Assembly: GCA_947588795.1 (NCBI GenBank) | Contig: CANPZJ010000001.1 | Span: 1 to 44,609 of the forward strand | Length of the DNA stretch: 44,609 nt | Direction of reading: 5' to 3' | DNA from: an uncultured Bacilli bacterium | GTDB lineage: Bacteria; Bacillota_I; Bacilli_A; RF39; UBA660 | Shown: one piece after another, positions 8,656-16,771 of the stretch | Layout: each line of letters starts with the position of its first letter | How positions within the stretch are numbered: the stretch's first letter is position 1 | Notes under the pieces: generated by a model | The model's database searches: none | Told to the model about the DNA's origin: nothing | Seen by the model: the letters and a program-made list of their open reading frames with translations, nothing else | Translations under genes and position numbers: made by a program

Positions 8656-8690
8656 CCACTTTCTGCCACAGTTATCCACTGTCTACCACT
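8656..8690 (-). promoter_or_regulatory. MraZ operator: four direct GTGG repeats with exact 10-bp phasing
   Basis: Minus strand reads AGTGGTAGAC AGTGGATAAC TGTGGCAGAA AGTGGGTGAT. The plus-strand CCAC(T/A) copies end at 8660, 8670, 8680 and 8690. The array sits immediately upstream of the mraZ ATG, and the last repeat overlaps the SD. Confidence 0.7.
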
Positions 8691-8834
8691 ATTGTACTAT
8701 AAGCTACTTTAAAAGTAAATAAATATTCCCAATTTATTTTTCATTCATAGTAAATTGACATGTTTTTGACAAAAAGCAACTCATAATTGCTTTGGATATT
8801 TAGATGGTAAAAATATAGAATTTTTATTTAAGAA

Positions 8835-8843
8835 TGATATAAT
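8835..8843 (+). promoter_or_regulatory. Extended -10 element (TGATATAAT) for the Abi gene
   Basis: TGnTATAAT lies at 8835-8843, about 24 nt upstream of the ATG at 8867. No good -35 is present. Confidence 0.35.
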
Positions 8844-8866
8844 ATTTCTATAAGAAAGGCTACATT

Positions 8867-10384
8867 ATGGAAACAAATTCAACTAGTAAACTTATCGAAA
8901 TTGCAAAAAATAAAGGAATTATATTTAGAAGAGGAGAAAAAACTTTATTTACAAAATATAGTTATTTTCAAGTTATAAATGCTTATAAGAATCTTTTTAC
9001 TTATGACGAGGATACTATTGATGAAATAAAAAATAACATTGTTAATAAAGTAAAAGTTGAATTTTATAAAACATCATTTCAAATAAAAAATGATGTTTCT
9101 GATGATAAATTGTACGAAACAATATGCAATAAAATATGTAAAAAATATGGATTAAGTGGTCAAACTTTGTTAGAAAAAGAAGAGCAAATAAAAAGTATAA
9201 AATACCACCATCATATCTATAATCAAGGTACATTGTATACTGATTTCGTAAGAATGTATAAATTTGAACATGAATTAAGAATGATGTTATTAAAATATAC
9301 TTTAATAGTAGAAGAAAGTATAAAAAACATTTTTATTTCTTATCTTAATGACAAAAATGCTGAACCAAATTATTTAGTGAATATGGATAATTATAATACC
9401 AATTCTTTAAAATCAAAATCTTTTGATACAATGAAATTGATAATCGATAAATATGATAACCAAAAATCAAAACCAATAAAACGAAAAAGAGATCAACATT
9501 TAATTGTTCCATACTGGATTATTATTAACGAATTAGCGATGAATCAAACATATTATGCAATGGCAAATTTAAATTCAGATGATTCATATAAGATATTTTT
9601 AAGATGTTTAAATTTTTTTACAAATCTTAATTTGTCAGAAGAAAAAAGAGGAAAAACACCAAAACAATTAAATTATGAAAAGAAAATGGTTAACAATTTT
9701 AAAACTTTATTATGTTATTTAGGTGAATTTAGAAATATGTTAGCACATAACCAACCTATATATTGTTATAATGTATTAAATTATAATATTAATGGTAATC
9801 CTAAGTTTGAATATGAATTGCCACTAGTTAATCCTTCATATATAGATAAAACCGGAAATAAAGTAGATATAAAAAAACAACAAATAAATATAATGGGATC
9901 TTTAATGAATAGTTTAAAAGAATATTTTGGCAGTGATAATTTCAACTCAAATAATTCAACTAAATTAGATCTTTCAAAAATAATATATATTTTATATAAA
10001 ATGCTAAAACATATTGATAAAAACACTAATTTTTATTCTGAATTAGTCGAAATATATTCAAAATATAATATAATTTTAAGTAAATCAGTTATTAATGTGG
10101 AAAATCCCAAAAAAATCAACGAAATGAAAAATGCTATTTCAAAATTGTCTACATATGATATGGAAATATCTAGTTTTATTAAAAAAATAGAATCTGGTAA
10201 AGCTTATAAATCAGGTTTAAAGTCTAAAGAAAGACAGTTAAAGGATATAACAAAACAAATAAATACCATATTAAAAAGCATTAATGTCAATGTGGTTAAA
10301 TCTAAATATAAACATTTTCCAGTAGGAAAACGATATACTGAATTTACAGGAATTAATTCAAACTTTTTTAATAATATAAAATAA
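8867..10384 (+). CDS. Abi_2 (AbiD/AbiF-like) abortive-infection protein, HEPN-type, with a long C-terminal extension
   Basis: 505 aa. Family hallmarks are YKFEHELRMMLLKYTLIVEESIKNIF and LGEFRNMLAHNQPIY, where RNMLAH is the RX4H HEPN motif. The last ~170 aa are an unrecognised, K/N-rich, coiled-coil-like extension. Confidence 0.75.
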   Translation: METNSTSKLIEIAKNKGIIFRRGEKTLFTKYSYFQVINAYKNLFTYDEDTIDEIKNNIVNKVKVEFYKTSFQIKNDVSDDKLYETICNKICKKYGLSGQTLLEKEEQIKSIKYHHHIYNQGTLYTDFVRMYKFEHELRMMLLKYTLIVEESIKNIFISYLNDKNAEPNYLVNMDNYNTNSLKSKSFDTMKLIIDKYDNQKSKPIKRKRDQHLIVPYWIIINELAMNQTYYAMANLNSDDSYKIFLRCLNFFTNLNLSEEKRGKTPKQLNYEKKMVNNFKTLLCYLGEFRNMLAHNQPIYCYNVLNYNINGNPKFEYELPLVNPSYIDKTGNKVDIKKQQINIMGSLMNSLKEYFGSDNFNSNNSTKLDLSKIIYILYKMLKHIDKNTNFYSELVEIYSKYNIILSKSVINVENPKKINEMKNAISKLSTYDMEISSFIKKIESGKAYKSGLKSKERQLKDITKQINTILKSINVNVVKSKYKHFPVGKRYTEFTGINSNFFNNIK

Positions 10385-10494
10385 AATGTATAATTGCCCT
10401 AAAAAAAGCATATAAATATAATGGTTACATATTTACAAGCATATTAAAATATGATATTATGAATATGTAATTAAATTCCGTTGTTAATGGGGGA

Positions 10495-10519
10495 AAGAGA
10501 AACTGAGGTTTCTTTTTTC
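10495..10519 (+). terminator. Intrinsic terminator after the Abi gene
   Basis: AGAAAC-TGAG-GTTTCT is followed by T6 (10514-10519). Confidence 0.55.
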
Positions 10520-10565
10520 TTTATATAAATTTTATATAAGAATTACAAAAAATCTCATTTGAAAA

Positions 10566-11297
10566 TTATTTAATTCTTTTTAAAGTTATTGTATGATTAT
10601 TTTGTTTTGCCATTTCTAACAATTTCATTAAATCACACTCATCAGTTTTTAAATCACTTTGAAGCATTTTTATTAAATACATTATAGTATTGCTATCCAT
10701 TGGTAAGATAATATTATTATCAAAATAATTATTTAATACTTCTTGGGCTTTATTAAATAAATCTAAATCTTTAGTAAATGTTGATTCATTTTTATCTTTC
10801 TCACTCTTTAAATTATTTCTTTTAGTATTATGCAAAATATTTTCTATTCTTTGTAATTCATTTAAAGCAATCTTACTATTTCTTTTATCTTTTTCTGCTA
10901 CTTTCATAAACGAATCAGATAAATAAGCAAAACGATAAGCCATTAAGAAATTAATTAAAAACAAAAGAATAGTAATTAATAAAGGAATATTTGTTATAAT
11001 TAAAGCAAAAGATACTAAGGTTAGAAAAGATGATCCTAAAAGATTAGTAATAATTTTTAAATTAATATTTTCATTTTCTTTTAATATATTATTTATTAAT
11101 TCTTTTAATTTATTAACTTGTTCTTGTAGTTTATCTATATCATTATCATAATTTAATAAATCATTTAAAGATGCATACTTAAAAGAAGCAAAATAAAGAT
11201 TACTAGATTTGCTTTCTAATATATTAATAGATTCATATATTTCTTTAAAGCTTTCTTCTGGCTTTAAAAAAAGTAAATTAATAAAATCTTTTAACAT
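10566..11297 (-). CDS. Hypothetical coiled-coil membrane protein (2 central TM helices)
   Basis: I prefer the ATG at 11295-11297 (MLKDFINLL), which has AAGGTGAG upstream. The central hydrophobic hairpin is LGSSFLTLVSFALIITNIPLLITILLFLINFLMAY. No recognisable family. It is convergent with the Abi gene. Confidence 0.6.
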   Translation of the reverse strand: MLKDFINLLFLKPEESFKEIYESINILESKSSNLYFASFKYASLNDLLNYDNDIDKLQEQVNKLKELINNILKENENINLKIITNLLGSSFLTLVSFALIITNIPLLITILLFLINFLMAYRFAYLSDSFMKVAEKDKRNSKIALNELQRIENILHNTKRNNLKSEKDKNESTFTKDLDLFNKAQEVLNNYFDNNIILPMDSNTIMYLIKMLQSDLKTDECDLMKLLEMAKQNNHTITLKRIK

Positions 11298-11340
11298 ATA
11301 ACTCACCTTTAATGAAAAAAGCAACCAAATTGGTTACTAA

Positions 11341-11526
11341 TTAATTTTCTTCTTCAACTTTTAAAACGTTTGAACCTTTATAATTACCACATTTAGTACA
11401 TGCTCTATGTGGTCTTAAAGGAGCACCACATTTTGGACAAGTAGTAACTGAGCCAACTTCTTTTTTTAAATGAGTTCTTCTCATATTCTTTTTAGTTTTA
11501 CTTGTTCTTCTAAAAGGAACTGCCAT
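11341..11526 (-). CDS. rpmF: 50S ribosomal protein L32
   Basis: MAVPFRRTSKTKKNMRRTH... with CPKC...CTKC zinc-ribbon cysteines. Confidence 0.95.
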   Translation of the reverse strand: MAVPFRRTSKTKKNMRRTHLKKEVGSVTTCPKCGAPLRPHRACTKCGNYKGSNVLKVEEEN

Positions 11527-11528
11527 AA

Positions 11529-12005
11529 CTAATCATCACCTTTCAATAAATCTTCTAATTTTTGAAGTCGTGGATCAATATCTTGTGATTTCTCTCCACT
11601 TCCTAATTCCCAACCATTACCTTTAAGATTCTTATTAGTTACAGTAGTATAACTAATGGGAACTTCCAATACAATATTTTGCCATAAAATTTGCTTTAAA
11701 TCAAGTGTATTTTGACTATTTTGATAACTTCCTTCATAATTTTCCACTAAATCTTCTAAATTTTCTTCTATTTTGGTATTTATTTTATACCAAACTTTAT
11801 CGAGAGAGATAGAATCTTCAATTAATATTTGACCAGATACAATAGCATTTAAACTAATATCATTATTACTATTTTCGGAAATAGACCCTTTAATATTTAA
11901 ATCTTTTACCCCATATATTCTTTTATCAGTACCATCATAATCATTTAAAGTTTCATTAAACTCTATGACATTTTTATAATTTAATTCATCTAAGTTAATT
12001 AACAT
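11529..12005 (-). CDS. yceD: YceD/DUF177 family protein (large-subunit rRNA accumulation protein)
   Basis: 158 aa and acidic, with a C-terminal DIDPRLQKLEDLLK motif. The conserved position directly upstream of rpmF supports the call. Confidence 0.8.
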   Translation of the reverse strand: MLINLDELNYKNVIEFNETLNDYDGTDKRIYGVKDLNIKGSISENSNNDISLNAIVSGQILIEDSISLDKVWYKINTKIEENLEDLVENYEGSYQNSQNTLDLKQILWQNIVLEVPISYTTVTNKNLKGNGWELGSGEKSQDIDPRLQKLEDLLKGDD

Positions 12006-12025
12006 AATAATCCCTTTCTTTGATA

Positions 12026-12077
12026 ATTATAAATGCTTTAGGAAATTATTGCAAGAAAGATAAATAAATGCTAATAT
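12026..12077. promoter_or_regulatory. Back-to-back divergent promoters sharing one palindromic -35 hexamer
   Basis: TTGCAA sits at 12049-12054 and is its own reverse complement. On the plus strand it gives TTGCAA-17 nt-TAATAT (12072-12077). On the minus strand it gives TTGCAA-17 nt-TATAAT (12026-12031), serving yceD-rpmF. Confidence 0.5.
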
Positions 12078-12093
12078 TTATTTAGGTGGTATA

Positions 12094-12387
12094 ATGTATC
12101 GATTGAAAATATATTCTTTAAGTAAAGAAGAAAGAAATAAATTAAAAGAAGAATTTTATCAAACAGATATAGGTAAAGATTTAAAATTAAGATTAACTAG
12201 ATTACTTATTATAGGTATCTTGGGCATATTATTTAGTATTTATCTATTTATTAGTAATACATCTATCTTTGATATTATAACTGGTATTATTTTAGTAATA
12301 GCATCTTTAGTATTTATCATCGCAAGTTTTAGATTAAGAATTACTAAATTAAATGATTATTTAGTAAAAAGCAAGAAAAAGAAATAA
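12094..12387 (+). CDS. Small 2-TM membrane protein, unknown function
   Basis: 97 aa. GGTGG lies upstream of the ATG. There are two hydrophobic helices. A hairpin plus T-run follows at about 12375-12410. Confidence 0.6.
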   Translation: MYRLKIYSLSKEERNKLKEEFYQTDIGKDLKLRLTRLLIIGILGILFSIYLFISNTSIFDIITGIILVIASLVFIIASFRLRITKLNDYLVKSKKKK

Positions 12388-12427
12388 GTTACCAAATAAT
12401 TTATTTCTTTTTTAAATACAATTTAAT

Positions 12428-12802
12428 ATGAAGGATTACTTACGCGATTTAAAATTATTAAAAGAAGAAGATATTATTTGGTATATATATTATTTTATTG
12501 TAACATTTGCCATTATTGCTAATAGTTTTGAAGAAAAATATATTTATGAAGGTAATAAAAAAGATCGCTTAAATGGTCGTAAAATAAATGTTGTTCTTTT
12601 AATAATTGCCCTACTTATTTATATTTATTATGTAATTATTGCTATTCAAGATTTAAATTTAAGTAAAAGTAAAGATGCAAATAGACAAAGAATTGCGATG
12701 GAAAGATTAATTACAACTTTAGTATTTTTAGTTGGTGGTGCCTTATCTTTATATACTGAGCTAGATGATAATGCTGGTGATGTAGATTTAGCTATCTTCT
12801 AA
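12428..12802 (+). CDS. Small 3-TM membrane protein, unknown function
   Basis: 124 aa with three hydrophobic segments. No family recognised. Confidence 0.55.
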   Translation: MKDYLRDLKLLKEEDIIWYIYYFIVTFAIIANSFEEKYIYEGNKKDRLNGRKINVVLLIIALLIYIYYVIIAIQDLNLSKSKDANRQRIAMERLITTLVFLVGGALSLYTELDDNAGDVDLAIF

Positions 12803-13936
12803 CTAACATTATAATATATTTTATTTTTTTCTAAAGGAACATTTTTTAATTTAAATAATTCCGATACACTCATTACTTGATAACCTTTACTATATAAAAT
12901 AGGTAGTAATTCTTCAATAGCAGAAGCACTACTATCATAAGCATCATGAAATAAAATAATATCACCATCTTTAATATTATCAATTACATAATTAACTAAA
13001 TAATCACTACTACGATAACGCCAGTCATTAGTGTCTAGACTCCATAATATGTATGATGCATCAAGTAAAGTTTGTTGACTTTCATTTATAGAACCATATG
13101 GTGGTCTTATTAAATTCATATTCTCGTTAAATATGCTTTGATAAAATTCATTCATATTTTTAAAATCATTTATTACTTCTTCATCACTAAGTTTTTTCAT
13201 ATTTTGATGATGATAAGTATGACTACCTATTTCATTACCTAAATTTTTAATATTTATAAGTAAATCTTTATTATAGACTGCTCTTTCGCCAACAATAAAA
13301 AAAGTTGCATGAAAATGATTATCTTGAAGTGATGCTAAAATACGATCAGTTTTATTTTTATTAGGACTATCATCAAAAGTAATGGCGACACTTTTCTTCG
13401 CATTAGTATAATCATATCCAGATTCATTTTGATAATCTTTATCTAAAGATGCGGTAAAATTAATACAATCTTTTATTTCATTATAATTTACTTTTAGATA
13501 TAGAAGCTCTTCTACTTGTGGGTTAGTTTCGACATTATTAAAATAAATTACTAATTCATTATCTCTTAAAATATAACTTTTATTTATGTTTTCATTTATT
13601 AAAGTATCGGCGACAAATTTCGGATATTTTAATATTATAATCTTCTATTTTTTCTTCTTTAATCAAATCTTCTATTTTAAGTTCATTTTCGGTTCCATAT
13701 TCATATATTTTACTTAAATAATTATCATAACTATCTTTATATAAATAACTAGTTATACTTTCGCCTAGAGTATTTTTTTCGACTAAAACATAATTATTAT
13801 CATTCTCATAAAAACATAAATCTACCTTAGATTCTTCTTTTTTATTACTAAATATACTAATAGTTACTATATTTACAATAACCATTAAAAATATTATAAA
13901 AATAGCTATTTTTAAATATAAACTCTTTCTTTCCAT
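12799..13936 (-). pseudogene. Polysaccharide deacetylase (NodB/CE4 domain) split by a 1-nt frameshift
   Basis: ORF 13592-13936 encodes the TM-anchored N-terminus. A second frame is open from 13644 to 12799 with no start codon until 13200. That frame carries all five NodB motifs: TFDDSP, HTYHH, RPPYG, DTNDW and ILFHD. Both frames are open only across 13592-13644. Confidence 0.7.
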
Positions 13937-14022
13937 ACCACATCATTTTTAGTATGGTTATATTTTAAAATTTCATTTACAAAATAAGTTATTTTTTTTA
14001 TAATTTAAAGAGAGGTAATGTT

Positions 14023-14508
14023 ATGAGAGTTGATAAAGTAAATTATTATTTAGATATTGCGGAAGCAGTAGCAGAAAGAGGCACTTGTTTAAGAAGAAAT
14101 TTTGGGGCTGTTATTGTTAAAAATGATGAAATAATTTCGACAGGTTATGTGGGAGCTCCGCGTGGTAGAAAAAATTGCTGTGATTTAAAATATTGTACAA
14201 GAGAAAAATTAAATATTCCAAGAGGAGAAAGATACGAATTATGTCGTAGTGTTCATGCGGAACAAAACGCAATTATTTCGGCTTCAAGAAAAGAAATGAT
14301 TGATTCTACTCTATATTTAGTTGGCATAAATTATGAAGATGGCAAATATGTGGAAAATGCAAGACCATGTGCACTATGTAAAAGAATGATTATTAATGCT
14401 GGTATTAAAGAAATATATGTGAGAAACACTAAAAAAGAATTCACCAAAATAGATGTTGATGAATTCATTAAACAAGATGAATCATTAGAAGGAGTTAAAG
14501 GTTATTAA
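14023..14508 (+). CDS. comEB: dCMP deaminase (ComEB type)
   Basis: 161 aa with zinc motifs HAEQNAI and PCALCKRMIINAGI. Confidence 0.9.
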   Translation: MRVDKVNYYLDIAEAVAERGTCLRRNFGAVIVKNDEIISTGYVGAPRGRKNCCDLKYCTREKLNIPRGERYELCRSVHAEQNAIISASRKEMIDSTLYLVGINYEDGKYVENARPCALCKRMIINAGIKEIYVRNTKKEFTKIDVDEFIKQDESLEGVKGY

Positions 14509-14515
14509 CTTCTTT

Positions 14516-14944
14516 TTATTTATGTAAAATTCTTCTCGTATATTTTTCTTTAACAACTGGTACACCATTTTCCCAACGGCCACAATGTTCTTTTTCAAAA
14601 CTATTTAAAATACTATCTATATATAATATATTTTGAATATCAAGAAACCCTTTAACTTTCATATCAATCATTTCACTCGTAATTGCATCAAAGCGATCAG
14701 GATCAATAACTCCAATAATATGTAAATAAGGATGAGAAGTAGAACGATTTAAAACCGCTACATTCCATTTTTTAAACCCTTTGCCATATCCTAATTTACT
14801 ACATTCACATTTGGGCACTAATAAATGATGTAAATCAAGTTCAGCTGAAATTGATTCAAAAGAATATCCCATAAAATCGAAACCTAATTTATCTATTTTA
14901 TATTTTCTAATCATTTCTCTGTGAATTTTACGCATGACTATCAC
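14516..14944 (-). CDS. Small His-Me finger (HNH-like) protein, function unknown
   Basis: 142 aa. LDLHHLLVP...WNVAVLNRSTSHPYLH fits an HH...N...H spacing. The assignment is tentative. Confidence 0.4.
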   Translation of the reverse strand: MIVMRKIHREMIRKYKIDKLGFDFMGYSFESISAELDLHHLLVPKCECSKLGYGKGFKKWNVAVLNRSTSHPYLHIIGVIDPDRFDAITSEMIDMKVKGFLDIQNILYIDSILNSFEKEHCGRWENGVPVVKEKYTRRILHK

Positions 14945-15063
14945 TACCCTCTGAAATTAATACACTCTCTAATAAAGTTATAACATAATTTTTATTGTTT
15001 GAAAACAAAAAATCACTTAAATTTAAATATTGTTTTAAAATTTATTATACTCACTATTTTTGG

Positions 15064-15102
15064 GCAAAAAAATAGTACTCAATCTTTGAAAGATTAAGTA
15101 CT
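15064..15102 (-). terminator. Intrinsic terminator of the tRNA pair
   Basis: Minus strand reads AGTACTTAATCTTT-CAA-AGATTGAGTACT, a 14-bp stem with one mismatch. It is followed by ATTTTTTTG. Confidence 0.6.
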
Positions 15103-15193
15103 TTTACCAATTTGTTAGGTAAGTACTCAACTTGACATAGCTAAGTATTTCCTTTTTTATTCTATACAAGTTTCCTTGACATATTCAAAATTT

Positions 15194-15278
15194 TGGTGCA
15201 CCTGAAGGGACTTGAACCCCCACGGATATTTCCACTAGATCCTAAGTCTAGCGCGTCTACCAGTTCCGCCACAGGTGC
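15194..15278 (-). tRNA. tRNA-Leu (anticodon UAG)
   Basis: Reverse complement is GCACCTGTGGCGGAACTGGTAGACGCGCTAGACTTAGGATCTAGTGGAAATATCCGTGGGGGTTCAAGTCCCTTCAGGTGCACCA. It has a long variable arm, a CTTAGGA anticodon loop and an encoded CCA. Confidence 0.9.
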
Positions 15279-15285
15279 ACTTAAA

Positions 15286-15362
15286 TGGTGGACCTCGTAG
15301 GACTCGAACCTACGACCGCCCGGTTATGAGCCGGATGCTCTAACCAACTGAGCTAGAGGTCC
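15286..15362 (-). tRNA. tRNA with CAU anticodon (Met by anticodon; body resembles lysidine-type tRNA-Ile2)
   Basis: Reverse complement is GGACCTCTAGCTCAGTTGGTTAGAGCATCCGGCTCATAACCGGGCGGTCGTAGGTTCGAGTCCTACGAGGTCCACCA. It forms a cloverleaf with a CTCATAA loop and an encoded CCA. Confidence 0.9.
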
Positions 15363-15373
15363 ATTGCTTTTTC

Positions 15374-15402
15374 ATTATACTATAATTGTAGTGAACTTGC
15401 AA
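15374..15402 (-). promoter_or_regulatory. Near-consensus promoter of the tRNA pair
   Basis: Minus strand reads TTGCAA(15397-15402)-17 nt-TATAAT(15374-15379), about 12 nt upstream of the tRNA 5' end. Confidence 0.7.
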
Positions 15403-15424
15403 GAGCAATTCTTGCAAAATGGCA

Positions 15425-15473
15425 TATGTTGTATTTTTGCAATTTCATTTTGTTTTTGCAAAAATACAACATA
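15425..15473 (-). terminator. Strong hairpin ending the 16-gene surface/lipoprotein block
   Basis: A perfect 17-18 bp inverted repeat: ATGTTGTATTTTTGCAA (15426-15442) pairs with TTGCAAAAATACAACAT (15456-15472), with a 13-nt loop. It lies 3' of the stop at 15492. On the minus strand, ATGCCATTTTGC follows. Confidence 0.6.
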
Positions 15474-15491
15474 ATAAACTTATTAGAACAT

Positions 15492-16343
15492 TTAACCAAT
15501 ATATTTTGAAACAGTAGTTTGATTACTTAATTCATTATCATTATTTACATTATAATTAGCATACTTTTTATCGCCTTGATATAAGCATAAACAATAATTA
15601 ATTGAACCACCATAACTTTCTAAATCACATTCTTTATATGTTCCACTTATTTTACTATTATCTTCTGTCAAAATAAGTTCAAATTCACCATTTTCTTTTA
15701 ATTCTATTGTACTAATCAAATCACTAGATGTTCCATTATCTTGCCACATTTCATATTTTCCAAATGATAATTTAAAATCACCAACAGAAATACTTTTATT
15801 ATTTTCATTTCCTATTTGGTTATCATCATTATCAAATTCAATAATTGGAACATCACTACTACCATAACTATTATCTTTTGTTTGTTCAAAGAAAATATAA
15901 ACTTTGGCATCTTCAAAATCATATAAATACATTTGCATTAAATCTTTATCTTTATAATTAATTAATTTTATCTCTAAATTTTTTTCTATATCATCAGTAT
16001 TATTAATATTTGTATCAGTTGTATCATAAAAACTAATAGTATTATTTTCATATTTATATTTACCACTTAAATTATAGTAACAGCCGATATTTAATTTAAA
16101 AGTATTATCATCATTAATTGTTAAAGAATTATCACTATCTTTTAGACAAGTTCCAAACAAAGAATTAAGATTGGTATAATTATCATTATTAGCTCTAACA
16201 TTAGTATTTAAATGCCAAATACCTAAAATGTTTTTAGAAGCATTATCATTATCCTTTTCTAATGTTTTACCACAACCTGTCATACTTAAAGTAATAATTG
16301 CTAACAATAAAATTGTTAATATTTTACTTTTATTATTCTTCAT
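15492..16343 (-). CDS. Lipoprotein, unknown function
   Basis: 283 aa. The signal peptide MKNNKSKILTILLLAIITLSMTGCGK contains a lipobox. Confidence 0.8.
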   Translation of the reverse strand: MKNNKSKILTILLLAIITLSMTGCGKTLEKDNDNASKNILGIWHLNTNVRANNDNYTNLNSLFGTCLKDSDNSLTINDDNTFKLNIGCYYNLSGKYKYENNTISFYDTTDTNINNTDDIEKNLEIKLINYKDKDLMQMYLYDFEDAKVYIFFEQTKDNSYGSSDVPIIEFDNDDNQIGNENNKSISVGDFKLSFGKYEMWQDNGTSSDLISTIELKENGEFELILTEDNSKISGTYKECDLESYGGSINYCLCLYQGDKKYANYNVNNDNELSNQTTVSKYIG

Positions 16344-16755
16344 TTAAAAGATCTTCTTTATAACTAGCAAGATAGCTTAAATATTGTTGGTATCCGCCTT
16401 CTTCATCACCATTTTTAAATTTGTAAACATTTGATAAGCAACCACCACAAGTTAATTTTTTATACCATCTAACTTCTATATCATTGCCCGTATTTTTATC
16501 TTTACCAGTTAATATTATAGCCCCACTTCCATCAGTAGCAATATAACTATCATCTTCACTCCATTTTTGATCTAAAACACAATAGTCTAAATATTCACCA
16601 ACTGTATGGCTTCCTAAAAGACCAATAGTGTGATTTCTTTGTTCAATCATGGCTTCCGTAAATTCAAATTTAGAATTACTTCCACCATTATTACCACAAC
16701 CCATTAAAGTTAAAGATAAAACCCCTATTAATAATATACTTAATATTTTTTTCAT
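16333..16755 (-). CDS. Lipoprotein, unknown function
   Basis: 140 aa. MKKILSILLIGVLSLTLMGCGNN contains a lipobox. It overlaps the next gene by 11 nt. Confidence 0.8.
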   Translation of the reverse strand: MKKILSILLIGVLSLTLMGCGNNGGSNSKFEFTEAMIEQRNHTIGLLGSHTVGEYLDYCVLDQKWSEDDSYIATDGSGAIILTGKDKNTGNDIEVRWYKKLTCGGCLSNVYKFKNGDEEGGYQQYLSYLASYKEDLLNEE

Positions 16756-16771
16756 AAATTAAAATTCCTTC

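Noticed and set aside
10385-10494. Nested AT-rich palindromes (TTACATATT...CATATT-AA-AATATG...AATATGTAA) downstream of the Abi gene as a structured RNA or toxin-antitoxin-like antisense RNA.
   Set aside because: The stems are short and made only of A/T pairs, which arise easily by chance at this base composition. I could not define a promoter. I treat it as part of the 3' UTR ahead of the terminator at 10495-10519.
14023-14508. The dCMP deaminase as a nucleotide-depletion anti-phage effector, given the nearby HNH-like gene.
   Set aside because: Its size (161 aa) and motifs match the housekeeping ComEB-type enzyme. It has no extra sensor or kinase domain. The neighbour is on the opposite strand.
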